DNA of 62,204 nt, the filler included, from Squatina squatina (Eukaryota), in assembly GCA_031763465.1 (NCBI GenBank). It is 3 parts of 2 records of this genome, joined end to end, with 100 filler letters (N's around TTAATTAATTAA, not from the genome) between each part and the next. Parts side by side here need not be neighbours in the genome. Positions count along the whole stretch, not along the records: positions 1 to 23,969 come from JARFOE010000001.1; 2 more parts are not named here. The stretch is one strand, 5' to 3'. The number at the start of each line of letters is the position of its first letter. The stretch's first letter is position 1. A program made the translations under genes and the position numbers. Shown piece after piece: positions 1 through 13,472 of this stretch. The notes below the pieces were generated by a model. It made no database searches. It saw only the letters and a program-made list of their open reading frames with translations, and had not been told where the DNA came from.

Positions 1-601
1 GCTTTCTCATATATCATACACATACACAAACTCATTTATTTAACAGTATGATTGCATAAACCTTGATCTGAGTTCTGAATAAGTGAAACACTGAAAATCT
101 GTGAATTTAATTTAAAAATAGTGTTCAATAGGTGCTATTACCTCTGAAAATAAACACATAAGTGTGCCTCAGTACAGTAATCAGCTTAGGTAAAAGAGGT
201 TTAGGTAAAACTACAAGCTTCCTGCAGCTCTGTATACATAAGTACCATGTCATGTATTTATGCAAAGTGAAATGTAAGTAATGGTAGCGTGTCCAGGTAT
301 TTTACTTAATGATGCCATACTGAGTTGAACAATTGTGATTATAGAAATGAACCTACAGACTACAGACAGGTCACTGCAGCCTCTTGATACTTCAGCTGTA
401 ATACGCAATACGTTCCTGCAAAACTGTAATTTAGATTGGTNNNNNNNNNNAATACAACCTTCGTGGAGCATAATTACCTTGGTTCTGTTAGTACATAGAG
501 GAATAGATTCTGACTAATACCTTTGTTCTGTATACTTTATTTTAACAGACGGATTCGCTTCATGCTAAATCGTCTTTGCTTCTCTTTCTTTTTTCCTTCA
601 G

Positions 602-658
602 AAACTGATGGGAAAGCAGATAACATCTATAGAAAGCCCCCTGTCTACAGGCAGCATG
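602..658 (+). CDS. ABLIM2: ABLIM2 internal coding exon (57 nt)
   Basis: Polypyrimidine tract plus cag acceptor at 601 and gt donor at 659. Translates to (E)TDGKADNIYRKPPVYRQH, matching the recalled ABLIM2 motif DNIYRKPPIYRQH. Confidence 0.88.
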
Positions 659-1948
659 GTACAGTCTGCTTATTTCATGCTTTACTACCACTCTGCATGT
701 TATTCTAATATCAGGGTGTCGTTCCATGGACTGTCTACTAAACTAGCAACATCTAACTTTTGGTTATCTTGGCTTAAGAGCTGTGCCTTTTCACTGTGAT
801 ATTTCACTTCAATAAAAAGAAAAAAAATGCAGTTTAGTTCTATCTACTTCACATTCATCAGATTATATTTTTATTGTGTTTTTTACTGAGAAACCAAGGT
901 GAAGGGACAAGCCCCATAATCATAATGTGGGAGACCACCTTAGTTCAAAGGAATAGAAGAGCAAACAGATCAAGAAGTAGTGGTTAGGTGGTGCCATGCC
1001 TGGTTTTCAAAATGACTGTAATTATACCACACCCTTTGCTCATAAAACCATAGATTCTTTTAATGTTTGTCATATGAAAAATATCTCAACACCAAAGTTT
1101 CATCTTCAGCTCACTGTGCAGTCGTTTCTACACTTAATGTGACAACTTACTGACAGGACAAACAGTGCAAAATTTAGTGTATTCTTATTCTTATTCTAGT
1201 GTATTCAAATTTTTCGTCTTTCTTTGTTGTCTCCTCCCTCATCATCTCCTGTTGGCTGACCCTGGAAATGGGGTATAGTATAATTGGAGCAACTACATGG
1301 ATTGATGGGTTGATCCTTGACATTATCTAATCACACACTGAGAAATACCTGTTTCACTTCGGTGTTTATCCTGCTGTCTAGATACGATTATCCTGTAATG
1401 TCACATGTAGTAATTATATAATGCCGCTTTCATTCTCTCAAAATCAAACAGGCTAGAAAATGTACGAATAAGAACTAGACATCTATTAACAATTTTGCTG
1501 AATAAACGGTAATAGTAAAAAGTTTGAGAGTAAATATTTTGGAATTAATATATCCGCCTGTATTAATTTTTCAACATTTTCTTGCAGGTTTTTAATCAGT
1601 TTATTTTAAGTGAGTGTCTTGTTCTTTTATATTCAGGGTCTTGCTACAGGTTTGCTTTTGCATTAGAAAATAACTAACAGGCTATTTTTCTTTCTAACGG
1701 TATTAAACACCACAGCACTGTTTCATCACAACATGGTCAGAGTGGCAAAGTGATGGTCACTTTCGATCTTCATGACCAGGAATAGTGTTGGCATGTGATA
1801 GAAGAAGAACTGAAAAAAGTTTGGGGGAAGGAGTGGGAATAACTTAATNNNNNNNNNNNNNNNNNNNNNNNNNNNNNNNNNNNNNNNNNNNNNNNNNNNN
1901 NNNNNNNNNNNNNNNNNNNNNNNNNNNNNNNNNNNNNNNNNNNNNNNN

Positions 1949-2214
1949 AGCAAGCTGCTGAAGTGTGAGCAACCAGGCTTTTATGCGATTCAAGGCAGTG
2001 GGAATACAATTTTTTACCGAGACGGGTCACATGAAAGTGATAAATTCAAGACAGCATCCCTCCAGCGCCTCTATGCAACTGACAGCGCCACGCCTGAAAA
2101 ATGCAAAAGCGCAAACAAATTTCGGAGCTCCTGGGTGCTATTAACACTGGGCGCTGTTGGGTCGCTAATCACTGTTGCAGCGGTTCCAGCATGGCATTAA
2201 CCAATTTCTAGCTC
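1949..2214 (-). mobile_element. Harbinger-type element terminus, same family as the 7157 copy
   Basis: The reverse complement (gagctagaaattgg...catgctggaaccgctgcaacagtgattagcg...ggagctccgaaatttg) aligns by eye over about 150 nt with 7157-7320. Confidence 0.7.
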
Positions 2215-4847
2215 TATATCTTTAAAGTGTTTGGCTTCAATAACACTATTTCCTAATCAAATGTACAATCGACGTAATGTTTTATAAAACAAAAGCAGTT
2301 CCATTCATTCAGCAGGTAGCACAAAATAATATTGAGTGGCAAGTAACCCAACACAAAATGAGGCAATCAAATCTTTTTGCACAGCTACTATTCACCAACA
2401 AGCAAGTACCAAAAATCAACCAAATCAAATTGTTCAATAATTTTTGCACAATTCTTTCAGCAACCAGGTTGTTTTTTTGAATCACTGACTAAATCAGCCT
2501 GAAAACATGAGCACATTTTAAAAATACACAAAAGAAATCACTAAACTTAGATATAAACCCATCTATTTTGATTTTTAAAATCCCTGTAAAAACTTGCCTA
2601 TACACAGGCCAGATTCTGTCTCTGTGGCTTGCGACCAGATTGCCGTTAGCATCCCAGTGCTTGCAATAGATTTCCTGCGGATATTTTTCAAGCATTTAGC
2701 ACACTCTATTTACAGCTTGTGACAATTAGGAAGCTCCCCATTTTTACAGTTGGCAAAAACATACTCCTGACAAAACCTCATTTGCCACTACTGCAGTAAA
2801 TAAAGTTCTGTGTGGTTCTACTTCATTTATTTATTATGAAATCTCCACTAAAGAAAGCAGGAAAACAACTTAGTCAGGCTGCACTTTATCAAAATTGGAC
2901 CAGCAAGCTGTGTTTAGCCTATTAGCAAGCAATGTCTGCGCTACTGGCAGTTGCTAGCAAGCATTGTTTGGCTTACTAGCCTGTGTCCTGCTTGGGTGGA
3001 CTTTATAGGTAATAATTAATGGCTACACTGAATAAACTATGATGTATTTTTCACCTCCCTAAGGACTCATATGAGTTTGTTTTAAAGTTAATAGCCACAA
3101 GAAAGAAAGTTATAACATGCACAAACTCCTGTCTTTATTTCACCAGCAATCTCATGCCTCCCAGCTTCTAGCCTTATTGTCAAAACTGCAGCCCGCTAAT
3201 TCTAAATTTTAAATATAGGCAGAACATAACAGCAGTGTTATTCCTACAGTCCTACCTACCTATCGCATACCCATTTATGTTGGCATCCTGTTCATTCACA
3301 AAAACAGTGAAATCCCAGTCCCTTCTAAGCACATCAATGCATTTACAAATTTACATCAACGTTGACATAAATTCTGGCATGCTTAATTCAACAAACCTGT
3401 TAAGTCCTTAACAGTATTAATGGCCTTTTATCACCACTTATATGTCAGGCCCTTATCTTCACTTCCTGATGAAGGTAAATCTATCAAAACATGGAGGAGG
3501 AGAAACATGAAGAGCATTATTGTAATTTTGTCTTTTGAGATTGTGGTCTTTCTGCCTTCGATCATCCTTTGAAAAAAGGCAGTTGGCAAGTAGTACTTCC
3601 AGACAAACAAAAATATTTCTTGTCAAACAGATTCTGGATAGAGACTTAGGGCTGGATTTTACCAACCTTGGTAGTTCCATGGCAGGTGACGACGGTGGTG
3701 AGTCCCGACCTCGCTGCTGGCTCCAGCCTACTGTAGAATGATTTTCCCCTAATTGGGCTTGTTAAACCCATCAGCACGTTTGCTGGCCAATTGAAGGAAA
3801 CGGGTCTGATGATGTCATTTGATGAGGAGTCATTAGCCGGTTTCCTTAAATGGACCATGCGCAAATTTAATATGGCATTTNNNNNNNNNNNNNNNNNNNN
3901 NNNNNNNNNNNNNNNNNNNNNNNNNNNNNNNNNNNNNNNNNNNNNNNNNNNNNNNNNNNNNNNNNNNNNNNNNNNNNNNNGGGAGGGGGCCACGAGGTTT
4001 CTGGGTTGGCAGCGGCCCAGATTATTTTTGTCTGCCCACAAATATAATTCAAGTCTTAACTTTACAGGGCCTCTTCTCTTCCATCACCCATGGAATTGAT
4101 TGAAGCATGTACTGCGCAGGCTCTGCCCAGTTCCTACCTTAGATAGGAATCGGGATGCTATGACATAAAATCAGTGTCCTATTTACGTCATAGGCCAGAA
4201 GATTATGGGGAAGGTTTTCCCCTCTCCAGGATGGCTAATGGGAATGTAAACAATTGTCTGGAATCTTTGCTGCCTTCACACTTCAGTACCTGCAGCCAAA
4301 AAATTACACGCCTGCCGACAAACTGGTGGCTTGATTTGGAACTTATCACCTGACCACTTCCAGACCACTTTTTGGAAAAAAAAAGTTACCAATCCATAGG
4401 AATATTTTTCATGAACATTACTCCAGACACATAAGTATGCTGGCTGTCACACAGAGCAAGATTTCACAATATTTCACAAAGAAGTAACTGATTGTGTTAG
4501 GATTAGGCGGTTTAGCCCAGTTTCTTTTTAGCAGAGTCCATAAGCTTCTTACACCAACCACCACAGTAATTGGAAACACACAACACAACACTTCATGAGC
4601 TGCTGCTGGTAATTTTATAACACACTTTGAAAAATAAACTAGCACATCATTTACAATTTGTCACAATACCAATTGGCTATTTAAACCATACAACTATTAC
4701 TTAAAAGATCAGATTGGTATTGCTTCAGACATTAATAACAATGGAAAAAAAAAACAGAAACTGCATCTGTATTTTGGTCTCATTGCTCAAGCTACTAGTA
4801 AATCATTGACCGTAGAATTCATTTCCATGTGTCTGTACTTGCCCTAG

Positions 4848-4999
4848 GTGAAGACAAGTTGGTTGATACTGAAGGGGGAGATGGAGGCCGCAGCTGACTC
4901 CTTTGATCTGGACCCTAAATCATTATCTCNNNNNNNNNNGCCCTGCTGCTGATAGAGAACCGTTACAAAGATCAAGCAGTGAGTCACTCTTTCAAACAA
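4848..4999 (+). CDS. ABLIM2: ABLIM2 internal coding exon (contains a 10-N gap of nominal size)
   Basis: tag acceptor and gtaagt donor at 5000. VKTSWLILKGEMEAAADSFDLDPKSLS...PAADREPLQRSSSESLFQT resembles recalled ABLIM2 KSSWLMLKGDADTRTNSPDLDTQSLS...DRDPLQR. The frame changes only across the N gap. Confidence 0.82.
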
Positions 5000-7156
5000 G
5001 TAAGTACATTCTGCACATTGACAATGTAATCCCCACTTAGTTGTTTGACAAACTGATCATTTTATTCATTAAACTGGAAAACATTGAACGTTATGTCTAC
5101 TAGAGAATAGTGTTTAACCCCTAGTGTAGATCAAACCAATTAGATATGCCCTCATTTAATTAATCACAATTACTTTGTTACAGAAATTCCTCACTCCAAA
5201 TTGGNNNNNNNNNNNNNNNNNNNNNNNNNNNNNNNNNNNNNNNNNNNNNNNNNNNNNNNNNNNNNNNNNNNNNNNNNNNNNNNNNNNNNNNNNNNNNNNN
5301 NNNNACACCAGCCACTTTTGTGACCTCTCCAAGTAAAATTGTCAATCACTGTCAAATTAGTGCTAGTTTTGAGCTTTGGGCCCAAGGAATTGAGTTGAGG
5401 CTACTCAAACCAATTTCACTAAGGACTCTTACAAACAGCAGAGAAGGGAGGCTTTCATGCAATCATTGTGTATGCATTTACCTAAGCATACTGTGATCAT
5501 GAGCTACCTTTTTCCTACAGCTGCGATCTGATTCTTTCAGATTCACTGTTGAATCACACCAAATGGTACTTTGTACCTGTTCAGAGTAAATCAAGATCCA
5601 GTTCTCAATTTCAGAGCTGGCTTTGCTGTGAAACAGAATCTCTATTGGACTCATCAACAGCTGATGAGAGTGTACTCTCCTAGCACGATCTAAACCTGTG
5701 CATCCCTGAATATAAATTCAATTGCATTAAATTCAAGTTAATTCTGATCCAACTTGAATATAATCTACAGAGGGAGAAAATTGTCTGAGTGCAGCAGTTT
5801 CTAGTAATGCAAAGTATGGAAAGTCCAGGTGGATAATGTAATGAAGTTTCGTTCCATGGGTGGGGATATAAAGGTTGTGGCCAAACCGAGGTGTGGTGTA
5901 GTAAGGATGTGCTTACAATGTTGAAGGGGACATATAAGCTTACTCAACATCTGGTAAGAGTTGTCTCCATATGTTATTAAAAAGCTCAAATATTTTGTGA
6001 CTGAGTGCTGTCTTAATAATAATGTCATCAGTTTAACAACTGTTCAAGTCACATTTTTATTTTCTTTGGGGTGCAAATTGTTTTATTATTTTCTGCCCCT
6101 CCTGAACCCACCAATTTCTTCCTCCGGTGGCGAATTGTTTGGCCTCTGCTTGGCACTTCCTCCTGATGCTGAGGCTGAGATCAGAAATTCATCCTGTGAG
6201 GAAATGTGGGGTATTGACGGGCATTTTACTGCTCTGTTCAATTTATTTTAAATTCATTCCATTGATGTTGCATCCACAAAAGCCTCTTCACCAAGACAAA
6301 AATAGACAATCCCTTCCAAGTAAATCATCCAACATTTAGATAAATTTCCAAATCACCAGCCAAGTAAATTTGTGCTGTTTTTGAATTCTGAGGTTTGACC
6401 GGAGCTTGACACATTAATGATCTAAAATATCCTAACTAATGGTTAACGTTACAGCTTTCCTGTGATTTCTTGAACTTACAAGATATTTTTTCACCCACGA
6501 TTTTCACCAATTTACATTCAAATGCCTTTTCATGGACTAAGGGAAATTCAGTACAAATGATTACCAAGAGATGAGCAAATATCACTGTTTATAATCTGCT
6601 ATTTGATAATTAACAGCTGGCAGTTCCGCTTGCTGTCCCTTTGCTGACATGTCACACAGCCAGAAAAATCATGAGTAGGAAACTGGTGATATTAATTTAC
6701 ACTGGATGTCACTGAGTTCAGCAGGCAAAGTAATCACTTTCAAAAGAAAAAACATGTGTTCAATCATAATTATTTTGCCTGGCACCATCTGTTTACTGGG
6801 TGCCAATTTCAGTTCACTGTCTGAAAAAGTAACTTGCAAGTTGAAGTAACAATCATTTTGTTCAAAAGTGATGATGTTACCCTTAGAGTAGAGCGCATAT
6901 TTATTGCAGAATCAGTGGAAGTGGTTGTGCAATATGGAAAGGCTACTGGTGTTCTGAACTTTCACCATTTAGATTGTGGGGCAGGTGTGCTTTGGTTAAA
7001 AGTGGCATTTGTTTCTGGGCAGAAGTTTTTCCCAATGCTAGGCAAAGTGCACTAAAAGGCAGCAATGTAAAAACGTATCCCACAGGCTTGTAAGGGCAGG
7101 TTGAGAGCTCATTAAAAAAAAGCATATGGGATCCTGTGATTCATAAATAGAGGGAT

Positions 7157-7772
7157 GGGGGCCGAAATTGGCAGTGGACATGCTTGAAACGCTGCAGCAC
7201 TGATTAGTGCCCAAACTGCTCCCAGCGTTAGTAATGCCAGGGAGCTCTAAAATTTGCCTGTGTTTCTCTTTTGACCAGGCATGGTGCTGTTGGAGGCACT
7301 GACAGCTGTGGAGGCACTATCAGTTGACCCATATCGCTAAACACTTGCATTCCCACTACCTTCATTCATATACAAGCATGGCTGCTCACACTTCCCCAGC
7401 TTCTTTGGCTCATTTTTCCACCACAATATCTGGTGTTGTTCGTCGGAGTAAACAATTTTCCGATGGGGCACTGGAGACGTTGGTGGCCTCTGCAGAGAGG
7501 AGGAGGGGGCAGCTATTTCCTGCCTCTAGGCGAAGAGCTGCCCCAGCAGTTCATAGGGCATGCTGGCAGGCCATAGCCACAGAGGTGTCTGCAAATGATG
7601 TCGAGGCCAGAACCCCAATTCAACAGCTTAACTCGTCTGATGCGGGTGAGTGTCACTTGCTCTGTGTCAGTGAGAGACCTCATTGCAGCAGAGAAGAAGA
7701 CTTGCACACTACACGCAGTCCTCAGTCCTCTCACTTTTGGACTTTCTGCTATTCTCAGCTGCTGCTAATGAC
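7157..7772 (+). mobile_element. PIF/Harbinger-type element end with a degenerate Myb/SANT-like (NAIF1/MSANTD-like) exon
   Basis: Starts with gggggccgaaattgg. ORF reads RRSKQFSDGALETLVASAERRRGQLFP...CWQAIATEVSANDVEARTPIQ, then shifts frame to FNSLTRLMR|gtgagt (donor at 7646). It directly abuts a CR1 fragment at about 7095-7155. Confidence 0.75.
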
Positions 7773-9136
7773 NNNNNNNNNNNNNNNNNNNNNNNNNNNN
7801 NNNNNNNNNNNNNNNNNNNNNNNNNNNNNNNNNNNNNNNNNNNNNNNNNNNNNNNNNNNNNNNNNNNNNNNNGAGCTTGCGTTGACTTTCATTGGAACAG
7901 TGTAACAGGCCAAAGACAGAAAGGTCAGAGTGGGAGTGATGTGGAGAATGTTAAAATTACATGCTGGAATTGCCAACACATTCTCAAGGCAGTGGCAAAT
8001 CGGTTTTGCAGCCACACAGCCCAATAACATGTGGCTCATTAACTTCGCACTTGTCACCCCAGAGTCGAACTTGCATTGCCTATTTAGAGGGAGCAGCAAT
8101 CAAGACTATAGCAAAATGTACCATCAGTTGCTCAAATCAAGACTTGCATCGGAGGGCTTTGGTTTCAACACAATGCATATTCAGTGTTCTCACAGTGAAA
8201 ACTGCCAAATACTGGAGTGAATCTCTTGTCGCTGAGAATTTTTGGGGGATTGTCAGGGATATTAAGAGACATCGATTCTACACTCATCAGGTTCAGCAAG
8301 TTCATTAATCAAATAGCAGGAAAGGCAGTTTTAAAATTGAAATGTAATTCTATTCATCTGAAATGGTGAACATTATTTCCATTAATCTAAAGCAGAGTCA
8401 CATGTCTGATTAAAGCCCTCCAAATCTTCCCTCAACCTTAGAATTTATAAACTAATGGATGCCATAAACAATTAAAGCTGACAAGAGAAATGCAAGCCTA
8501 CCAATGTTTTTACATAAGATATATTTTCAGTACATTTAAGAGCATGATGTTCACAGTGTTCAGCTGATTAAAGATTAGTGCCCTGATATTATGCTCTGGA
8601 ATATTAACTTTTAAACACTTCATTTGAAATTCCCTTGTCTGCTATTTTAACAGAAGCACTAACCCATTTATTTCACCCATTAAAATACCATAGGGTAAAC
8701 TTACAAGCACATTACACATGCACACTAGTATCCCAGAGTGTAATTTCAACACATATACGTTTTTTCCTTAGATATTATTGCAAAGAAGCCTGTAGACCCG
8801 CATTTTCTGCCACCTTTGATTTNNNNNNNNNNNNNNNNNNNNNNNNNNNNNNNNNNNNNNNNNNNNNNNNNNNNNNNNNNNNNNNNNNNNNNNNNNNNNN
8901 NNNNNNNNNNNNNNNNNNNNNNTAAACCATGGGAATTGCTGGAAATGCACAGCAGATCAATCAATGTCTGGGAGTAATAGATTAATGCTACAGATGTGAC
9001 CCTTCATCAGAACTTTTTTGAATAAAATTGCTGTGTTATTTAGAACTGTTCTATGTTTATTGTAATTTCTAATAATTGTAAAAAAATTGCTTATTCTCCT
9101 TTTGGCATAAATACAGTAATGTTTCTTCTTTTCCAG

Positions 9137-9250
9137 CGGCACTTGTCTCCAGAGGAATTCTATCGGGTGTTTGGTTTGACTATAGAAGAATTTAATCGGC
9201 TTGCACTATGGAAGAGAAATGACATGAAGAAAAAAGCACGCCTCTTTTAA
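9137..9250 (+). CDS. ABLIM2: ABLIM2 terminal coding exon, villin-headpiece domain
   Basis: tttcttcttttccag acceptor, then [37 protein letters not shown], a canonical ABLIM headpiece C-terminus. AATAAA follows near 9315. The paralogue call rests on the upstream exons and the adjacent AFAP1. Confidence 0.9.
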   Translation, partial: RHLSPEEFYRVFGLTIEEFNRLALWKRNDMKKKARLF

Positions 9251-12200
9251 GCAGAAAAAAATATAAATTTCAACAGGGAAAGTCCTCCTTCACAATGACA
9301 ATCCTACCAGGAAAAATAAAGTCTGTGCTCACGACTTGAACAACTTGTATGTTATTTCATCACTGGATGAATTATGAGAACAGTTTTGAGAATGTGTGCA
9401 GGCCTAGAGGTTGTGTTTCTGCTCATCTTGCATGAAAAGCTAAGTATTGTAGCCATTAAGCTCTCAGCTTAGACTGTTGTTTGCTGAAAACCTGTAAGAA
9501 ATAGCTGTCTAGTTAAACTATAGCATAATAGGACTGCTTGACAAAGGAGGGAGGGAAAGGGGCAGCTCCGGATTTAGTGTCAAAGTGCATTTTATCCTGG
9601 TCAAAAGAAAAATCTTTAATATTTTCCACATGGCAATAATTTATCATCTCTATGAATGGTCCAGGACCTTAAACAATGATTCTGGTACAATAGTAGATTA
9701 TCGCTAATAGACTAGTTGGTAGGAAGGAAGCTAGCATTGGAAGCTTGAGATCGGTTATAGAAATGGATATGGGTATAATTACTGCTTCTCACTGATACCT
9801 ATGGAAAATTTGCTTGATGGGAAACAGGAGAAGAAGCAAAGCTAATACTGCACTTTATTCAAGTATACACAAGCATATACTCAAGATGCTGGCACCATGT
9901 GCAATTACCTAGATTAGTGTCCATTAATATGTCACTAACATTTTCTTAAATCAGCAACATCTATACCACTCACAAAAACTAAATTTAAACATGCGCTAAT
10001 GAAATGAAGTAATGCATTACGTCTGTGGTATTTACATGCTAGTTGACCATTGCTTGGTTGTAAGGCTTTATTTGTAATCAGCCCAAGCTTGGACCCAGAT
10101 GCTGTTTCTGTAAATGATGACTGATGTTGTACAGTTTGATATATTTTTTCAGTACACTGGTGGAACACCCAACCCCATTCTACTGATATTGACTCCTGCA
10201 TTTAATTTGAAGTTGCCACTGAATAACCCACCAATTTAAATTAAGTATTGGCCTGGAAAATGTTTGAGTTTATTTTTGCCAGAATGTCCCCCTCGCCCCA
10301 AACTAATATGTAGGCCTAGAAATTGGGTCACATAGCACCCGTATTTCAAGCGCTATGCAGCCTCCTAAGTGCCCTGAATGCCGGCCAGGAAACGTGTGTG
10401 AACATCGAACTGGAAGTGCGCCGGTCACGATATTGGGTAAGGACAAACCTTACCCATGCCTGAAGCAGGCATTAAGCTGTTTGCATGTGCAAAAAAGGGG
10501 CCCAATGCCTGCTTCACATCCCTGCAGCAACATTGGTTTGCACTCACTGCACTCAGAGAAACCAACCCTGCAGAAAGCCTGCAACNNNNNNNNNNNNNNN
10601 NNNNNNNNNNNNNNNNNNNNNNNNNNNNNNNNNNNNNNNNNNNNNNNNNNNNNNNNNNNNNNNNNNNNNNNNNNNNNNNNNNNNNTTGATGAGCTGTATT
10701 TTGTTTTTATTAGTCAGCTCCAATTCCAGCGTATATCTGAAACGATTTTTAAAAAAATAGCTGAGTATCGTGTTGCGTGGATCACGCTGCAAATCAGAAG
10801 TATTTTAAAAGGACGATCAAATAATGTACGCAGCAGATTTGGATATATGGTTTGTATAGTATTAATTTTCGCTTTGCATTACAGTATATCAGACACACAT
10901 TGTTCATTTCAGCTACATTATTGTGTCAGTTAACTCAGAAAGAATAAATTAATTGCACACTGGTAATTTGGATGTAAGGAGAACACTGGACAGCCAAACA
11001 AAGCCGCTAAAGGGTGGGATTGAACATGATTTATTGTTTGGAAGGTAATCTCCGGGTTGCTTATTGTGTATGCTGGGCACACACCCACACACAGGGAATT
11101 ACCCAAGGGAGAGAGGAAATCACCTGCCCAGAGGGCAGTTTAAAACACTGCTGCTTAGATTCTCTGTCCTATTCTGGTCAGAGAAAGTGTCGATTGTCAT
11201 TCAGATCTGCCCTAATCAATCACACACATCAGTATTCAAGCATCCTTTGTCTTTCATGGGTGTATGTTAATAAATATAATTACTTTTTGAACTTAAATTA
11301 TCTTTTGTAAGACAATATGATCACTTGGTCTCTTTTAGGTTATTATAATGCAATTTTCAACATTGTCCATTCGCTAATGAAAGGTCCACTGTTGAGAAAG
11401 AGTGACAGAAAAAGTGAGCATATCTCCTGAAAGCAACTAGATAGCTGGATGGATTGCACAAAGGTGGTCCTTGTGTGATGTAGAGAGTTGCATCCGAGCA
11501 GAGAATGATTGATCCCATGATCCAGGCACAGGAAAGAAAAGCAGACTTTTTGCATATTTTGCTAATTGAAATAAGCGTTTTCTTACTCTTCAGAAAGAAT
11601 TTATTTACGCTCAGCAATGAATCTTTTGTTATGCATTTAAAAATATTGACTTACTAACGATATAAGCTACATACAGGTTTTTGTACAGATTTTAAAATAT
11701 TCAATACCACACGACAATTGTAAGTATCTTGCCAGTCCTCTTGGCATCCCCATGGAATAATTTCAGAATACTGTAGTNNNNNNNNNNNNNNNNNNNNNNN
11801 NNNNNNNNNNNNNNNNNNNNNNNNNNNNNNNNNNNNNNNNNNNNNNNNNNNNNNNNNNNNNNNNNNNNNNNNNNNNNGTTTGCAGATGTGAAAGGGTGTA
11901 GGGACAGGCTGCTGAACAAGAAATATAGTCTGCACCATGTCCATCCCAGATTTAGCTGCTATGAGGTGAATATCACCTTATTCCAGGCTCCTATTGGCAC
12001 ACAGATGCCAGCCACTTCGTGTCACTCAGATGGCATTAGATTAAGACTTAACTGTTCTACTTCATACACTGATACCAAGGAGACACATAGCGCTAAAGAG
12101 GCACCTAGACATTAAGGATATTCATTAAAATTATGTTTGCACTAAAGTTGTTGCACATGTAAACATTGTTCTTGATATGGTTTGGGAGTGGCTTTAATGA

Positions 12201-12329
12201 GATGGTATGAATAGGAACTGTGTGAACTGATGTGTCAAGGGAAGGTTTTGTAGCTGATGATATGGTAGGAAGTTGGGGGAGGAAGATGTGCACAGGACTG
12301 TTCGTGCAGTGACCATGTAGTTAAGAGAA

Positions 12330-12560
12330 GATTCTGTGGCATTATATTATCTTTCAGCCAGGAATAGACTGTCCTCCGCAACCTCTTCAGGCTGCAGCTG
12401 CTCTTCGGGCAAATGCAGGTAGGAACATCTCTGCCTACATTCCCAGGCGAGGGGTGCCAGCAAGATGGGTGCCATTCATCTCTGGTGCAGCCACCCCCCT
12501 CATCCTCTTCCAGGAAGCAAAGGTAAATTCCATTCTGTCCTGTTGGAAGCGGAGGAGGAA
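12330..12560 (-). mobile_element. Degenerate Harbinger (HARBI1-like) transposase N-terminal fragment
   Basis: The minus strand gives RQRCSYLHLPEEQ, followed in another frame by CSLKRLRR. This resembles the R..SYL.LSEEQC.RRLRF motif of HARBI1-like transposases. Confidence 0.5.
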
Positions 12561-13423
12561 GCCAGCCCCACAATAACTGGCGGAAAGGCAGATATTAAAG
12601 CATTTGACAGAAGTAAAAGAAAAAATGTCCAAAATAGATGAAAAATAAGAATGCCAAACCTGATCCTCTCTTCACTCATTGTTCATGGAGGTGCTCTTTC
12701 CAACCGGCGTCACTAGACAGCAGCTATAACTATACTTTTCTGATGTATTTTGTGCTTTTTATAACAGAAATCAGTCTGAAAATTCAGTAGGGGTTCTCTG
12801 AGTGGTTACTAATTTACATCATTTACCTTTAATAAAAACTGAAAGGGAAATAAATAAGTAGATTAAAATGTCTGTGCAAGATCTAGCTTGTGCTGTCATG
12901 TGAACCTGACACAGAAGCCAACGTGGCAGCTATGTTTTCAGAGCAGGCTGGTTCCCAGCTCGTCAGGGTCTGGGCCAGCTCACAACCTTCCTGCTGAGCC
13001 TCTAATGATCTTGTAACCCGGAAGTAAATATGATAGTTTGATTTTTCAGTTACATTGTTACTATCCGCTACAATGTAACAATGTTGGATCAATTTGTTAG
13101 CTGCAGGCAGGTCTGCAGTGGAGGAAGGAGGGTACTCTACAAAGAGAACCAGCAAGGTACTTGCCTGCTGTTTCAGGGTTTCACAGTGTACTGTTTAATG
13201 AGCCTANNNNNNNNNNNNNNNNNNNNNNNNNNNNNNNNNNNNNNNNNNNNNNNNNNNNNNNNNNNNNNNNNNNNNNNNNNNNNNNNNNNNNNNNNNNNNN
13301 NNNNNNAAGACATTCCACAGCCAGGTGGCTGGTTTAAGCTAACTTTTCGGCCTCCTTGGATGGGAAGCAGCAGTCTAATAAGACCCACCCATTAAAATCT
13401 GCCAAGCCTCACTGCTACCGTTC

Positions 13424-13472
13424 CCGAAAGGGTCGGCTGCTCGTTTGACCGAAAGGGTCGGCTGCTCGTTTG
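13424..13472. repeat. 25-bp direct duplication inside a GC-rich element end
   Basis: ccgaaagggtcggctgctcgtttg occurs twice in tandem. Confidence 0.9.
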
